Assembly: GCF_001194135.2 (NCBI RefSeq)
Contig: NC_068987.1
Span: 85,249,418-85,312,926 of the forward strand
Length of the DNA stretch: 63,509 nucleotides
Direction of reading: 5' to 3'
From: Octopus bimaculoides
Lineage: Eukaryota
Below are positions 39,171 to 51,585 of this stretch, piece by piece. The first letter of the stretch is position 1, and each line of letters starts with the position of its first letter. Under the pieces are notes generated by a model. The model searched no databases, was not told the origin of the DNA, and was given only the letters and a program-made list of their open reading frames with translations. The position numbers were made by a program, and so were the translations under genes.

Positions 39171-40294
39171 NNNNNNNNNNNNNNNNNNNNNNNNNNNNNN
39201 NNNNNNNNNNNNNNNNNNNNNNNNNNNNNNNNNNNNNNNNNNNNNNNNNNNNNNNNNNNNNNNNNNNNNNNNNNNNNNNNNNNNNNNNNNNNNNNNNNNN
39301 NNNNNNNNNNNNNNNNNNNNNNNNNNNNNNNNNNNNNNNNNNNNNNNNNNNNNNNNNNNNNNNNNNNNNNNNNNNNNNNNNNNNNNNNNNNNNNNNNNNN
39401 NNNNNNNNNNNNNNNNNNNNNNNNNNNNNNNNNNNNNNNNNNNNNNNNNNNNNNNNNNNNNNNNNNNNNNNNNNNNNNNNNNNNNNNNNNNNNNNNNNNN
39501 NNNNNNNNNNNNNNNNNNNNNNNNNNNNNNNNNNNNNNNNNNNNNNNNNNNNNNNNNNNNNNNNNNNNNNNNNNNNNNNNNNNNNNNNNNNNNNNNNNNN
39601 NNNNNNNNNNNNNNNNNNNNNNNNNNNNNNNNNNNNNNNNNNNNNNNNNNNNNNNNNNNNNNNNNNNNNNNNNNNNNNNNNNNNNNNNNNNNNNNNNNNN
39701 NNNNNNNNNNNNNNNNNNNNNNNNNNNNNNNNNNNNNNNNNNNNNNNNNNNNNNNNNNNNNNNNNNNNNNNNNNNNNNNNNNNNNNNNNNNNNNNNNNNN
39801 NNNNNNNNNNNNNNNGTTGGTGAGGCAAATGTAAAAGTAAAACGAATTTCTTCCATATTTGGTGCCTTTAAAAGGCTGCAGCAGAGAGAGAGAGAGAGAG
39901 AGAGAGAGGGGAGAGAGAGACAGACAGAGACAGAGACAGAGAGAGAGAGACAGAGACAGAGAGAGAGACAGAGACAGAGAGATGGGGGAGAAGAGAGAGA
40001 GAGAGAGAGAGAGAGATGGGGGAGAAGAGAGAGAGAGAGAGAGTCTTGCAACGGGAGCGGGTTTGAATGCATTGGGAGTTTTTAGTCAGATTGTGTTAAT
40101 GGGTCGGGGTTCAAATACAAAATTCTCCTACTAGAACAGTTGTGTACCTCAGCAGGTTTATATCTGAAGATCACATTCCTCACCCCCAGTCGAAAGCAGG
40201 ATTGAAAATAATGGCCTAAAATTGCTCCACTCACTGCGGTTTTGGGAGAGAAACTGCACCTGTCTGAACATTCACACAACAGCAGAAAAATAGT

Positions 40295-40660
40295 TATGCA
40301 AAGCCGAGTGGTTTGGAGTTCGATGCCACCTTGCGTAAATGTCTTCGGCTATAGCACTGGGACATCCAATTCTTTATGATTGAGTTTGTATGTATGTATG
40401 TATGTGTATATATAAACATATGTACGTACATACATGTATGTGTGTATCCATTTTTATGGGGTTGTTGGTTCCCCACCGCTTGACAACCGGTCTACGTTTG
40501 ATTTTGTCCCCGTAACAGTGGTTTGGTGAAAAGAGACCGACAGGACAAGTGTCAGACTTGAAAAAGAATAAGTACGGGGGTGGATTTGTTCGTTCAAACC
40601 CTTCGAGGCAGTGTTGTGGCATGGCTGCATTCCAATGACTGAAACAAGTTAATGAAAATA
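40295..40660 (+). mobile_element. SINE family C, diverged
   Basis: GGAGTTCGATGCCACCTTGCGTAAATGTCTTCGGCTATAG...CCGCTTGACAACCGG...AATGACTGAAACAAG. Confidence 0.7.
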
Positions 40661-41709
40661 GAAAATATACAACTCAGGCTGGATATACGGAATAATTGGA
40701 CATTGCTTGAGGTCGACACCTCGACCTGTCAACCTCAGCTTCTAAACAACTCTCGTAAACACTGAACTGAGGCACTAGAGCAGCAATGAACAATCTGCAG
40801 CCCGAGGAACTTTCTGACTAGCACGACTAACCAAAAAAAAAAAAAAAAATCGACTTAGCTTGAAGGTATTTTCGAGGTGCAGCCTGCCTGATGATAAGTT
40901 ACATTTAATGCGACGCTTGTCGAAACAGCCTTCCCATGCCTACACTCGAGCGTAGTTATTGGTGCAACTCGTAAGACCAGGTCACTCAGATAAGGAGGTT
41001 AGCGAGGGCTATGTCAGCATATAGAAGGGTACAACGAGTGCGGACAACACGCATGATGTATCGGTTTTCTTGCGAGGAAATATTTCTTTTAAAGAACTGT
41101 AAACATCGAAGAACGACCCTGATAACTCCCAGGTCAACATGGCTGCAGGCGACTACCAAACCCCAACCATTGCAACCAGTGTATGAAGATGACTGTATCT
41201 TCTTTTTTTCATTCAGTTTCCTTCTTCCTGACTTCCTGTTTCCTTTCTTTCTTCTTCCTTTCTGTCTTTCTTTCTTACACTCTTTCCTGCTATCTATCTA
41301 TCTATTTATCTATCTGTCTGTATGTCTGTCTACCTGTCTCTCTGTTTGTCGATATCTATAACTATCGATATATATATGTCTTTTTCCTCCTTTCTGTCTT
41401 CCTTCTTTCACTCCTTTTTCCTTGCTTCCTTCCTTCTTCCTTTCTTTTTTCTTTCTTTCTTTCTTTCTTTCTTCCCATTCTTTCTACTATTTCTTTCTTC
41501 CTTCATTTAATTCCTTCCTCCCTTACGTCTCTCTTTCTTTCCTGTCTTCGCTCTTTCCCTCGCTCCTTCTCTCCCTCCTTCCTATCTTCCTTTCATTTTT
41601 CATTACGTCTCATAACAATTCATCGATTCATTATACGAAAAACTTCAAAATCTGTTAAACTTTTTTTTTTATCGACATTCTCCTGTTCATATTCTTGTAA
41701 TTCTAATAT

Positions 41710-41824
41710 TTTCAGCGATTCTTCTTCTTCTTCTTCTTCTTCTTCTTCTTCTTCTTCTTCTTCTTCTTCTTCTTCTTCTTCTTCTTCTTCTTCTTCTTCT
41801 TCTTCTTCTTCTTCTTCTTCTTCT
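41710..41824. repeat. Pure (TTC)n run of about 38 units
   Basis: Read directly from the sequence. Confidence 0.97.
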
Positions 41825-42306
41825 TGTGCTTATCAAATGTTCAACATTACGTTATCTTAATTTCTTTTTCTTCCAACTTTCTCGTCCGTAAAACTTCTTC
41901 GTAAAATTCTTCATGTATTCACACTTTTGGTTATTGGCCCCTACATATTGTGACCCAGCCGAACTAGTCTTTCTTCCAAACCATCCCCCCACTTTCTCTC
42001 TCTTATTACTTTGTGGAACACATATTCATATATGGAAATACATGTACATTTACATACACATACATGCACATAGACATATATATGCCTTCGCACACGCATA
42101 CATATAGTTGTATATATATATATTTTGTGTATGTCTATATATGTTCATACGTATGTACGTAAGTGTGTAGGTATACGCATATATGTATATATATATTGGT
42201 GATGCAAGTGTATGCATATGATTATTTTATTTAATCGTCTGTAATCCTCCTATTAATTCAGTCATATATATATACATATGCATATATGTGTGTGTGTGTA
42301 TACATA

Positions 42307-42418
<112 letters not shown>

Positions 42419-42752
42419 GATANNNNNNNNNNNNNNNNNNNNNNNNNNNNNNNNNNNNNNNNNNNNNNNNNNNNNNNNNNNNNNNNNNNNNNNNNNNNNN
42501 NNNNNNNNNNNNNNNNTATATATATATATAATTATATGTATGTATGTAATGTATAAAGAGTGTTTTTGGGGTCTTTTTTCAAATTCTATTTTATTTCTAT
42601 TTGTTTAGTTACTTTTTTTGCTATACGCCATTTTTCTTTAAAGTTTTGCCGGCGGTAATGTCATGGAATTGAATTAATTTCATTGATAAGCACGTCGCTT
42701 CCGAAGAGTTCTTTCGCAGCTACGTGGCCTGGTTGGAGTATGGGTTGCTTGT

Positions 42753-42855
42753 TGTTTGCACAAGTAGTTGGTGTGCCTTCTGATTGGCTGGAGTGTTTGC
42801 ACAAGTAGTTTGTGTGTGTTCTGATTGGCTGGATTATTTGCATAATAGTTGGTCG
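42753..42855. repeat. 41-bp tandem repeat (2.5 units) with CCAAT boxes and octamer-like motifs
   Basis: TGTTTGCACAAGTAGTT(G/T)GTGTG..TTCTGATTGGCTGGA starts at 42753 and 42794. A partial unit, TATTTGCATAATAGTTGG, starts at 42835. Confidence 0.9.
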
Positions 42856-42999
42856 CTACATTAGTTAAATAAGAGGACGAATACTTAAAGTTACGGACTG
42901 CCTTAATGATTTATCGTGATTTATCGTGATTTATCACGTTGAGTGATTGCTAGAATGGCTGCCTGACATGTTTGGATAGGTTTGTCTAGGTTTTCTGTT

Positions 43000-43182
43000 T
43001 CTTTTACTTTCCCGTACTTGTTTTACTCTTTGGACTGCGGCCACACTAGGACACCACCTTAAAGGGTTTTTGGGAACAAATCGGCCCTAGTGTTCATTTT
43101 TAAGTCCGGTAATTATTCTATCGTTTTTGTTTGCCTAATCTCTAAATTATGGGGACATAAACATGTAAACACCGGTTGTAAA

Positions 43183-43237
<55 letters not shown>

Positions 43238-43309
43238 NNNNNNNNNNNNNNNNNNNNNNNNNNNNNNNNNNNNNNNNNNNNNNNNNNNNNNNNNNNNNNN
43301 NNNNNNNNN

Positions 43310-43354
<45 letters not shown>

Positions 43355-43775
43355 TAGATAGATAGATAGATATAGGCGAGCTGGCAGAAACGTTAGCACG
43401 CCGGGCGAAATGCTTAGCGGTATTTCGTGTGCCGCTACGTTCTGAGTTCAAATTCCGCCGAGGTTGACTTTGCCTTTCATCCTTTCGGGGTCGATTAAAT
43501 AAGTACCAGTTACGCACTGGGGTCGGTATAATCGACTTAATCTGTTTGTCTGTCCTTGTTTGTCTTCTTTGTGTATAGCCCCTTGTGGGTAGTAAAGAAA
43601 TAACACATATATATATATATGCTAGACGGGGCGTCATACGGTTTCCATCCACCCAAGTCACTCACAATAAGACGGTCGGTCCGAGGCAATAGTAGAAGTT
43701 ACTTGCCCAATATGCCAAGCAATGGGACCGAATCCGACACCACGTGGTTGCAAAGTGAATAACTTAAGCACTCAT
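43000..43775 (-). mobile_element. SINE family C host element (3' half 43000-43190, 5' half 43620-43775) containing the 43374 SINE A
   Basis: TACTTGTTTTACTCTTTGGACTGCGGCC...ACCGGTTGTAAAGCG, then microsatellite, gap and SINE A, then CCGAGGCAATAGTAGAAGTTACTTGCCCAA...CACGTGGTTGCAAAG. Confidence 0.75.
43374..43602 (+). mobile_element. SINE family A, young full-length copy nested in the internal microsatellite of a family-C SINE
   Basis: Closely similar to 6784-7012 along its whole length. Confidence 0.92.
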
Positions 43776-44245
43776 TCGTAATATGTACCAATCAAAAACA
43801 AAAACAGTAACAAAGATGCCATTCATGGCTTGCAAGACGAGTGAGAGGCAGAGGAAAACATCCTGCTCAAGACAGAACCTGCTCCGAATGTTTGCGACAA
43901 AGTGAACTCCACTAAAGACACACAAATGGCCACGGGATGGAACTAATCCGGCTAACGGATTAAGTGTACTAGTCATATAGGTCCAGTGACGCAACTAGAG
44001 TGTGTGCCATTCGAGATAGCCCTTGCATTTCCCGCCCTTTCTCCGAGTACTCCGAGTATACAAAACTTACAGGAGACTCAAAAATGCAATAAGAGCGGAC
44101 TGCCTCGTCACTCACCTAATAACTACGCTACTGCTTTGGCCAGGGTTGAATTTGAACTGAGAACCCCAAAACTCGGAGTAAGTGCCGCAAGATATCCAGG
44201 TCGATATTTGTACGGTTCTTCGAGTTCACTACCTTGGGTGACCTT

Positions 44246-44557
44246 GGAACTCCGTCGTTAATGTCAACGGGGGGGGGGGCTCCGATCAGCGGAACAGCCT
44301 GCTCGGGAAATTGACGTGCAAATGGCTGAGCACTCCACAGCCAAGCATACCCATAATGTAGCTCTTTGGTTAATTCACTGTGACACAGAGTTTGAGAAAG
44401 ATGACCCTTTGAAATACAGGTCCTATTCAGTTTTGCCAGTTGAGTGGACTGGAGCAACGTGAAATGAAGTGTCTTGCTCAAGGACACAACGCGTCGCCCT
44501 GGAATCGAACTCGTGACCTTACGATCGCGAACCGAACACTCTAACTACTAAGCTACG
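44246..44557 (-). mobile_element. CORE-type SINE sharing the family-D 3' tail
   Basis: Minus strand: tRNA head AGCTTAGTAGTTAGAGTG...GAGTTCGATTCC, CORE-like GTTGTGTCCTTGAGCAAGACACTTCATTTCACGTTGCTCCAGTCCACTCA, then the D tail GGAGTGCTCAGCCA...GAGCAGGCTGTTCCG. Confidence 0.82.
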
Positions 44558-45054
44558 TACCTTCTCTGCCTTGGGTCGGTACCTCTTTATCGACCCTGAT
44601 AAGTTGACCTCGGTGGGAATTTGACACACAACTTAAACCGCTCTAGCAGTTGTTGCTTTTACTAAACATTTGACACACGACAGCAGATTGGCGGATTGAA
44701 ATACCCTGAAGTTAGTTTATCCGACATTCTAATCACTCTGCCGATGCGCCGCCAATTGCTTGAAGTTTTTTATTGCAATTTCTGTTAAGGCAACGAGATG
44801 GCAAAATCGTAAATGCGTCGGACAAAATGCTCTGCGGCATTTCTTCTGGTTTTTTGACGTTCTGAGTTCATAGTCAACCGAAATCGACATTTCCGTTCAG
44901 CAGTGGGATCGATTTACTCGATTTTCCTCCTTCTCTTCGCCCCAAATTTGTCGTCCTTGTGCCAATAATTGAAGCAATTTATTTAATGTGATCTTTCCAG
45001 ATTGAAAATGGTTGATTAATTTAAAGAATATTCAACTGTTATATCTAATATCAC

Positions 45055-45280
45055 AGACAACTTTCATCACCATCATTGTCATCATCATCAACTTCATCGT
45101 CATCACTATCGTCACCGTCATCCTCAAAAGTCGTCGTCATTGTTGTCTTCAACATCGTCGTCGTCATCATCATTGTCCACCCGCATTTACACTCCTCATC
45201 CCCCTCCTCCTCACCATCAGCACCACCATGACGACCACCATCACCGTCACTACATCACCACCACCACCACCGCCATCATT

Positions 45281-45332
<52 letters not shown>

Positions 45333-45465
45333 CCACCACCACCACCATCATCATCGTCACCACCACCATCATCATCATCCTCATCATCGCCATCACCATC
45401 ACCACCCCCACCACCACCACCATCATCATCATCATATTCATCATCATCATTGCACCATCATCGCC
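45055..45465. repeat. (CAT/CAC) compound array
   Basis: Read directly from the sequence. Confidence 0.95.
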
Positions 45466-45727
45466 GTTGTTATTATAGCTACAAAAAATCCTCGCATTTC
45501 TTCAAACCTCATTAACACCAATCCATTTCATGTCCTCCTCATCATATTTCTTTGCATGTCATAATCACCGAAGAAAATTCCGCCGCCTTTAAATTCCTAC
45601 CAAGTGTTCTCATTGACGCCTTCTTGGCACCTTCTTCGATAAATATATTCACACGTGCGTGAACAGGGTTTTGTTTCAACGTCCTACAAAGCTACAGACT
45701 AGATACAAGATTTAAGTTGTATCGCTT

Positions 45728-46475
45728 ACTTGTTTCACTCATTAGACTGCGGCCATGCTGAGACACCGACTTGTAGGGTATAGTCGAACGAACTGACCCC
45801 AGTATTTCTTTTTAAGTGTGGTATTTATTCTATTGGATTCCTTTGTCGTACTGCTAAGTTATGTGAACGGTAAACACACCAAAACCGGTTGTCAGTCGGT
45901 GGTGGAGGACAAACACAGACAAAACATACACACACACGCACACATACACACACATATACACACTCACACACACATACACACACATGATATATGTATATAT
46001 ATATATGTCTGCAAGTTGATGAGTATCACATATTCCCCTCCATTTTCTTATTGCTATATATATATATATATATATATATANNNNNNNNNNNNNNNNNNNN
46101 NNNNNNNNNNNNNNNNNNNNNNNNNNNNNNNNNNNNNNNNNNNNNNNNNNNNNNNNNNNNNNNNNNNNNNNNNNNNNNNNNNNNNNNNNNNNNNNNNNNN
46201 NNNNNNNNNNNNNNNNNNNNNNNNNNNNNNNNNNNNNNNNNNNNNNNNNNNNNNNNNNNNNNNNNNNNNNNNNNNNNNNNNNNNNNNNNNNNNNNNNNNN
46301 NNNNNNNNNNNNNNNNNNNNNNNNNNNNNNNNNNNNNNNNNNNNNNNNNNNNNNNNNNNNNNNNACAAACTTTGGTCGGCTAGAGTCTATAGCAAAAGAT
46401 ACTTGCCCAAGGTGCCACGCAGTGTGACTGAAACTGGAGCCGTGTAGTTAAGAAACAGACTTCTTCCCACACACC
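45728..46475 (-). mobile_element. SINE family C spanning a gap
   Basis: TACTTGTTTCACTCATTAGACTGCGGCCATGCTG...; after the gap, TTTGGTCGGCTAGAGTCTATAGCAAAAGATACTTGCCCAAGGTGCCACGCAG. Confidence 0.8.
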
Positions 46476-46759
46476 CACGCCTGCTCCTAAATATGTTGTT
46501 TTTTCCCCTAACCGATATTACGTAGCAATGAGATGTAAACAGCTTATCTTTACATACAATATCTACGTGAAGAGGAAAAGTGAGAGCAGCGAGAACAAGT
46601 CTTTAGAATTCATTGTTCATACATGTGCTGGTATGACTTTAAAATTCAATCAGTGGTGGTGGCCTTGATTTGGAACTTCCAGGGTTTTGTGTGGTGTTGA
46701 ACCACCTCTTTGCCACTATTGTTCACGGGACTACTTTGGCCCAGAGTAATAGCATCTAG

Positions 46760-47145
46760 GTTCCCAGCCATGGGTTAATTAGCATGTCAGCGAATTGTCT
46801 TCGGAAGAAGGTCTCTCATTGACACAGCCACGGATCCAGGGCAGAGAAGACCATTCAGCTCTTTGTCTGTTCATTTAAGAGAAGTTAACTCTCTATATAT
46901 CCAGCATCCTGAGAACTACTGGGTCATGGTACTTGTTAGACCAATACAAGTTTGAAGTACAAGAAAGTGAGACTGGTTCTGCACGAAACATGCCCGCTAT
47001 AATAATCGTTTCTCCTATAGGCACAAGGCCTTGCATTTGCGGGAGGGGAATAGTCGATTATATCGACCCCAGCACTCAATTGGTAGTTATTTTATCGATT
47101 CCGAAAGGAGAAAAAGTAAAGTCGACCTCGGCGGAATTTGAATTA
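46760..47145 (-). mobile_element. SINE-A-related composite with an extended 3' segment
   Basis: Family-A body at 47010-47145, continued by a segment (GAAAGTGAGACTGGTTCTGC, GGTACTTGTT, GGGTTAATTAGC) whose reverse complement recurs at 50590-50810. Confidence 0.65.
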
Positions 47146-47459
47146 ACGTTTCTGACAGCTCGTTACCTTTATGTCGATTATAATAATGAAAAACCCCCAT
47201 TTCCTTGTGGAATAGTTTATGGCATGTTTCAAAAAGAGAAAAGGCTAAAGGGAAAGAAAAAACAAAAAAACTCTACGGAAATCTGTAGGGAGAGATCGCA
47301 AGGCCGTTATGTACGGTTATATTTCTCCAATATCTAGCATCCTGTGCGATTCCATGGATGGAGACTGCGGGATTTAACTCGTCTTTCTTTCTGGTCAAAA
47401 TATCATTAAATTGTGTGTGTATGTGTGTGTGTCTGTGTGTGTGTGTGTGTGTGTGTGTA

Positions 47460-47504
<45 letters not shown>

Positions 47505-48099
47505 NNNNNNNNNNNNNNNNNNNNNNNNNNNNNNNNNNNNNNNNNNNNNNNNNNNNNNNNNNNNNNNNNNNNNNNNNNNNNNNNNNNNNNNNNNNNNNNN
47601 NNNNNNNNNNNNNNNNNNNNNNNNNNNNNNNNNNNNNNNNNNNNNNNNNNNNNNNNNNNNNNNNNNNNNNNNNNNNNNNNNNNNNNNNNNNNNNNNNNNN
47701 NNNNNNNNNNNNNNNNNNNNNNNNNNNNNNNNNNNNNNNNNNNNNNNNNNNNNNNNNNNNNNNNNNNNNNNNNNNNNNNNNNNNNNNNNNNNNNNNNNNN
47801 NNNNNNNNNNNNNNNNNNNNNNNNNNNNNNNNNNNNNNNNNNNNNNNNNNNNNNNNNNNNNNNNNNNNNNNNNNNNNNNNNNNNNNNNNNNNNNNNNNNN
47901 NNNNNNNNNNNNNNNNNNNNNNNNNNNNNNNNNNNNNNNNNNNNNNNNNNNNNNNNNNNNNNNNNNNNNNNNNNNNNNNNNNNNNNNNNNNNNNNNNNNN
48001 NNNNNNNNNNNNNNNNNNNNNNNNNNNNNNNNNNNNNNNNNNNNNNNNNNNNNNNNNNNNNNNNNNNNNNNNNNNNNNNNTATATATATATATATATGT

Positions 48100-48148
<49 letters not shown>

Positions 48149-48333
48149 AAGAGAGAGATAGAGAGAGAGAGAGAAAGAGAGAGAGAGATAGAGAGATAGA
48201 GAGAGATAGATAGATAGATACATACATACATACATACATACATAGACAACAGCCATAAGTATACAAGAATATATATATATTTACACAATTATGTCAGTTC
48301 CACTGTATTACAGCTAATTCATTATATCGACAG

Positions 48334-48411
48334 AAGAAAAATGCATGTCAAAAATTTGGAACCAGATGGGATTTGCACTCAAAACAAAGAAGAAATCGAT
48401 CGATCTTGACG
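48334..48411 (+). CDS. Candidate isolated 78-nt phase-1/phase-1 coding exon of an unidentified large-intron gene
   Basis: GCTAAT...CGACAG|AAGAAAAATGC...CTTGACG|GTATGT. The open frame reads EKCMSKIWNQMGFALKTKKKSIDLD in non-repeat sequence. The polypyrimidine tract is weak and no homologue is recognised with certainty. Confidence 0.35.
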
Positions 48412-49504
48412 GTATGTAATCAGTCTGCTCTTGACTCGAGCATTATCTTACTATATGGAAATCAATAGCGATTGTAAAACGCAACAGTAATTGCATCTTA
48501 AACGCTAGTGACATGCATACTTATAAAACTACATATCTATCTATGTTTGTTTTCTCTCTTATTCTTGTTCTCCAATAAACAGAGAGTAAACGCCGAATGC
48601 CATTGTGTTTACATATAATAATATTGTGATATGCTTGTATTTAGTCTACATGTCTCTCTTTACCTCTTTGTCTTATATATATATATATATATATATATNN
48701 NNNNNNNNNNNNNNNNNNNNNNNNNNNNNNNNNNNNNNNNNNNNNNNNNNNNNNNNNNNNNNNNNNNNNNNNNNNNNNNNNNNNNNNNNNNNNNNNNNNN
48801 NNNNNNNNNNNNNNNNNNNNNNNNNNNNNNNNNNNNNNNNNNNNNNNNNNNNNNNNNNNNNNNNNNNNNNNNNNNNNNNNNNNNNNNNNNNNNNNNNNNN
48901 NNNNNNNNNNNNNNNNNNNNNNNNNNNNNNNNNNNNNNNNNNNNNNNNNNNNNNNNNNNNNNNNNNNNNNNNNNNNNNNNNNNNNNNNNNNNNNNNNNNN
49001 NNNNNNNNNNNNNNNNNNNNNNNNNNNNNNNNNNNNNNNNNNNNNNNNNNNNNNNNNNNNNNNNNNNNNNNNNNNNNNNNNNNNNNNNNNNNNNNNNNNN
49101 NNNNNNNNNNNNNNNNNNNNNNNNNNNNNNNNNNNNNNNNNNNNNNNNNNNNNNNNNNNNNNNNNNNNNNNNNNNNNNNNNNNNNNNNNNNNNNNNNNNN
49201 NNNNNNNNNNNNNNNNNNNNNNNNNNNNNNNNNNNNNNNNNNNNNNNNNNNNNNNNNNNNNNNNNNNNNNNNNNNNNNNNNNNNNNNNNNNATATATATA
49301 TATATATATATATATACATACATACACACATATATATATACACATACACATATATATTATGCACTACATACTTATATGCTTACACATATATGTGAGTGTG
49401 TGTGTTTGTTGGTTGTTAAGTGCATGTCTGTTTGTGTGTGTGCCTCATTGGATGTCAATGTGTATATACGTAGGAGCAGGTGAATGGATTGGTTGTGAAA
49501 TACT

Positions 49505-49870
49505 CTTCATATTCACCAGGTGGCGACTTGGACAAGAAGTGTCTTTTGTTATACTTGGAATGATCTTATTTGGACAGGTCAACCCAGGACTTAGTCTATC
49601 GGTGTCTTTTAGCGAAGCGCTAGTTTTACAGATGCGTAAAAAAAAACCAACAACGGTTGTCAAGCGGCGGCGTGAACAAACACATACAAAGACACACTCT
49701 TACATGTATCATATACATGTATACACGACGGTCTTCCATACATTTTTATGCTCTACCAAACTCATTCACAAGGCCATAGCTGACACTTACTCAAGGTATC
49801 GCGTAGTGAGACCGAACCCGCAAGCACGTGGATCCAAAGCGAACTTCTTAATCACATTCATGCCTGCGTC
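49505..49870 (-). mobile_element. SINE family C, diverged
   Basis: CCCAGGACTTAG...CGGTTGTCAAGCGG...ACGACGGTCTTCC...CTCATTCACAAGGC...GAACCCGCAAGCACGTGG. Confidence 0.7.
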
Positions 49871-50021
49871 TGCAAAGTGAATAAAGATGAACTTTTAATC
49901 TAAAAAGCAAATCCAGAAATTTCTTGCAGCGAACGCTGTTGAAGAAACTTGCCGAAGGAACCACGCAGACGCAGAGAACCCTTGTAGTTGCGAAGCTGAC
50001 TTCTTAAACCTACAGGTGTTA

Positions 50022-50393
50022 TTCTTTTATCTCTTATTTATTTCAGTCATTTGACTGTGGCCATGCTGGAGCACCGCCTTTTAGTCGAGTAAATCGACCC
50101 CCAGGACTTATTCTTTGAAAGCCTAGTACTTATTTCATTGATTCTTTGGTCAAACCGCTAGGTTACGGGGATAAACACACCAGTATCGGTTGTCAAGCGA
50201 TGTTGGGGTGGAGGGACAAGCACAGACAAAGACATATACGTATATATATACGACGGGCTTCTTTCAGTTTCCGTTTACTAAATCCACTCACAAGGCTTTG
50301 GAAGCCACTTACCCAAGGTGCCACGCAATGGGACTGAACCCGGAACCATGTGGCTGGTAAGCATGCTACTTACCACACAGTCACACTTGAGCC
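50022..50393 (-). mobile_element. SINE family C, young near-full-length copy
   Basis: Continuous high similarity to the reverse complement of 12863-13277, from TTTCAGTCATTTGACTGTGGCCATGCTGGAGCACCGCC to GCTACTTACCACACAG. Confidence 0.92.
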
Positions 50394-50414
50394 TATAAAC
50401 TTTTATCGTTTATT

Positions 50415-51025
50415 TTTTTATTTGTTTTCGTCACTGACTGCGGCCATGTTGGGGCAGCGCTTTGACAAGTATTTAGTTGAATGGATCGGCCCCAATATTT
50501 GTCTTCTGTTTTAAGCTTGGTACTTATTCTATCTCAATCTTTTGCAGAACTGCTAAGTTACAGGGGGTAAGAACACACCAACAGCAGTTTCAGGCCTTGT
50601 GCCAATAGCAGAAGCGATTATAACAGTAGTCATTGTTTGGGCAGAACCAGTCTCACTTTCATGTCCTTCAAACTTGAATTGGTCTGGTCAACAAGTACCA
50701 CGATCCTAGTAGTTATCAGGACGAGGTCAAGTAAGTAATGAGCATTTAAAGACCTGAGTGGACTCCTACGATTTGAATCCGCAGGCAATTCCTTCAGAAG
50801 CTAATTAACCCACAGACAAACACACATATAGACACACACAAACAAACACACATGGTTATACGACGCGCTTCTTTCAGTTTCCTTTTACGAAATCCACTCA
50901 TGACGCTTTGGTCAATGCGAGGCTATAGTAGAAGACACTTGTCCAAGTTCTCAGGCAGTAGGACTGAACTCAGAACTCTGCGGTTGGAAAGCAAGCTTCT
51001 TACCACACAGCCACGACTGCGCATC
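50415..51025 (-). mobile_element. SINE family C in two halves (50415-50585 and 50810-51025) split by the 50590-50810 insert
   Basis: 3' half GACTGCGGCCATGTTGG...CTGCTAAGTTACAGGG; 5' half ACGACGCGCTTCTTTCAGTTTCC...CTTACCACACAGCCAC. Confidence 0.7.
50590..50810 (+). mobile_element. Extended 3' segment of the same composite, lying between the two halves of a family-C SINE
   Basis: GGCCTTGTGCCAATAGCAGAAGCGATTATAAC...GGGCAGAACCAGTCTCACTTTC...AACAAGTACCACGATCCTAGTAGTTATCAGGACG...GCTAATTAACCC is the inverted homologue of 46770-47030. Confidence 0.65.
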
Positions 51026-51534
51026 TTATGGAAATTTTAGGGAAACCCCCTCTCCCCGCCACCAAAACTAGTCTAAAAACTAAATAACGTCTATGTAAAA
51101 GATTCAAGAGAAAAGTGCTCAAGTGTTAAGTAATAATTCATTGTGACATCGATTGAACTTCTAGCGATTGGCCTAAGCAGGTCAATTGATTTACTTTAAA
51201 AAGCATTAGACGAAAGATAATGCGGCGGAGGGTGGGGGAGGGAAATGAATAACAAAGCAAGAAACACAAATAATGGCGGAATCATTGTTTGCTTTGTATG
51301 TTTACTTCGTTTATGTCTTTTTTTACGATTTGTTTTATATTTGTTACAATTTGTTTTATTTTATGTATTCATTCACCTAATTTACCTATTATTATTTTTG
51401 TTGTTATTTTTGTTATTTTCGTTGATGTTGTTGTTCTTTTTCTTCTATTTCTCCCTCCTCCTCTTCCTCCTCTTCTTCTTCTTTTTCTTCTTCTTCTCAT
51501 CATCACCACCACCACCATCACCATCATCATAATG

Positions 51535-51583
<49 letters not shown>

Positions 51584-51585
<2 letters not shown>

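Noticed and set aside
40887-40930. CTGATGA...GAAAC hammerhead-like spacing
   Set aside because: No helix III or NUH triplet follows GAAAC, and helix II is out of register.
42753-42936. CRISPR-like regular repeats
   Set aside because: The units are contiguous tandem copies without unique spacers, in a eukaryotic context with no cas genes.
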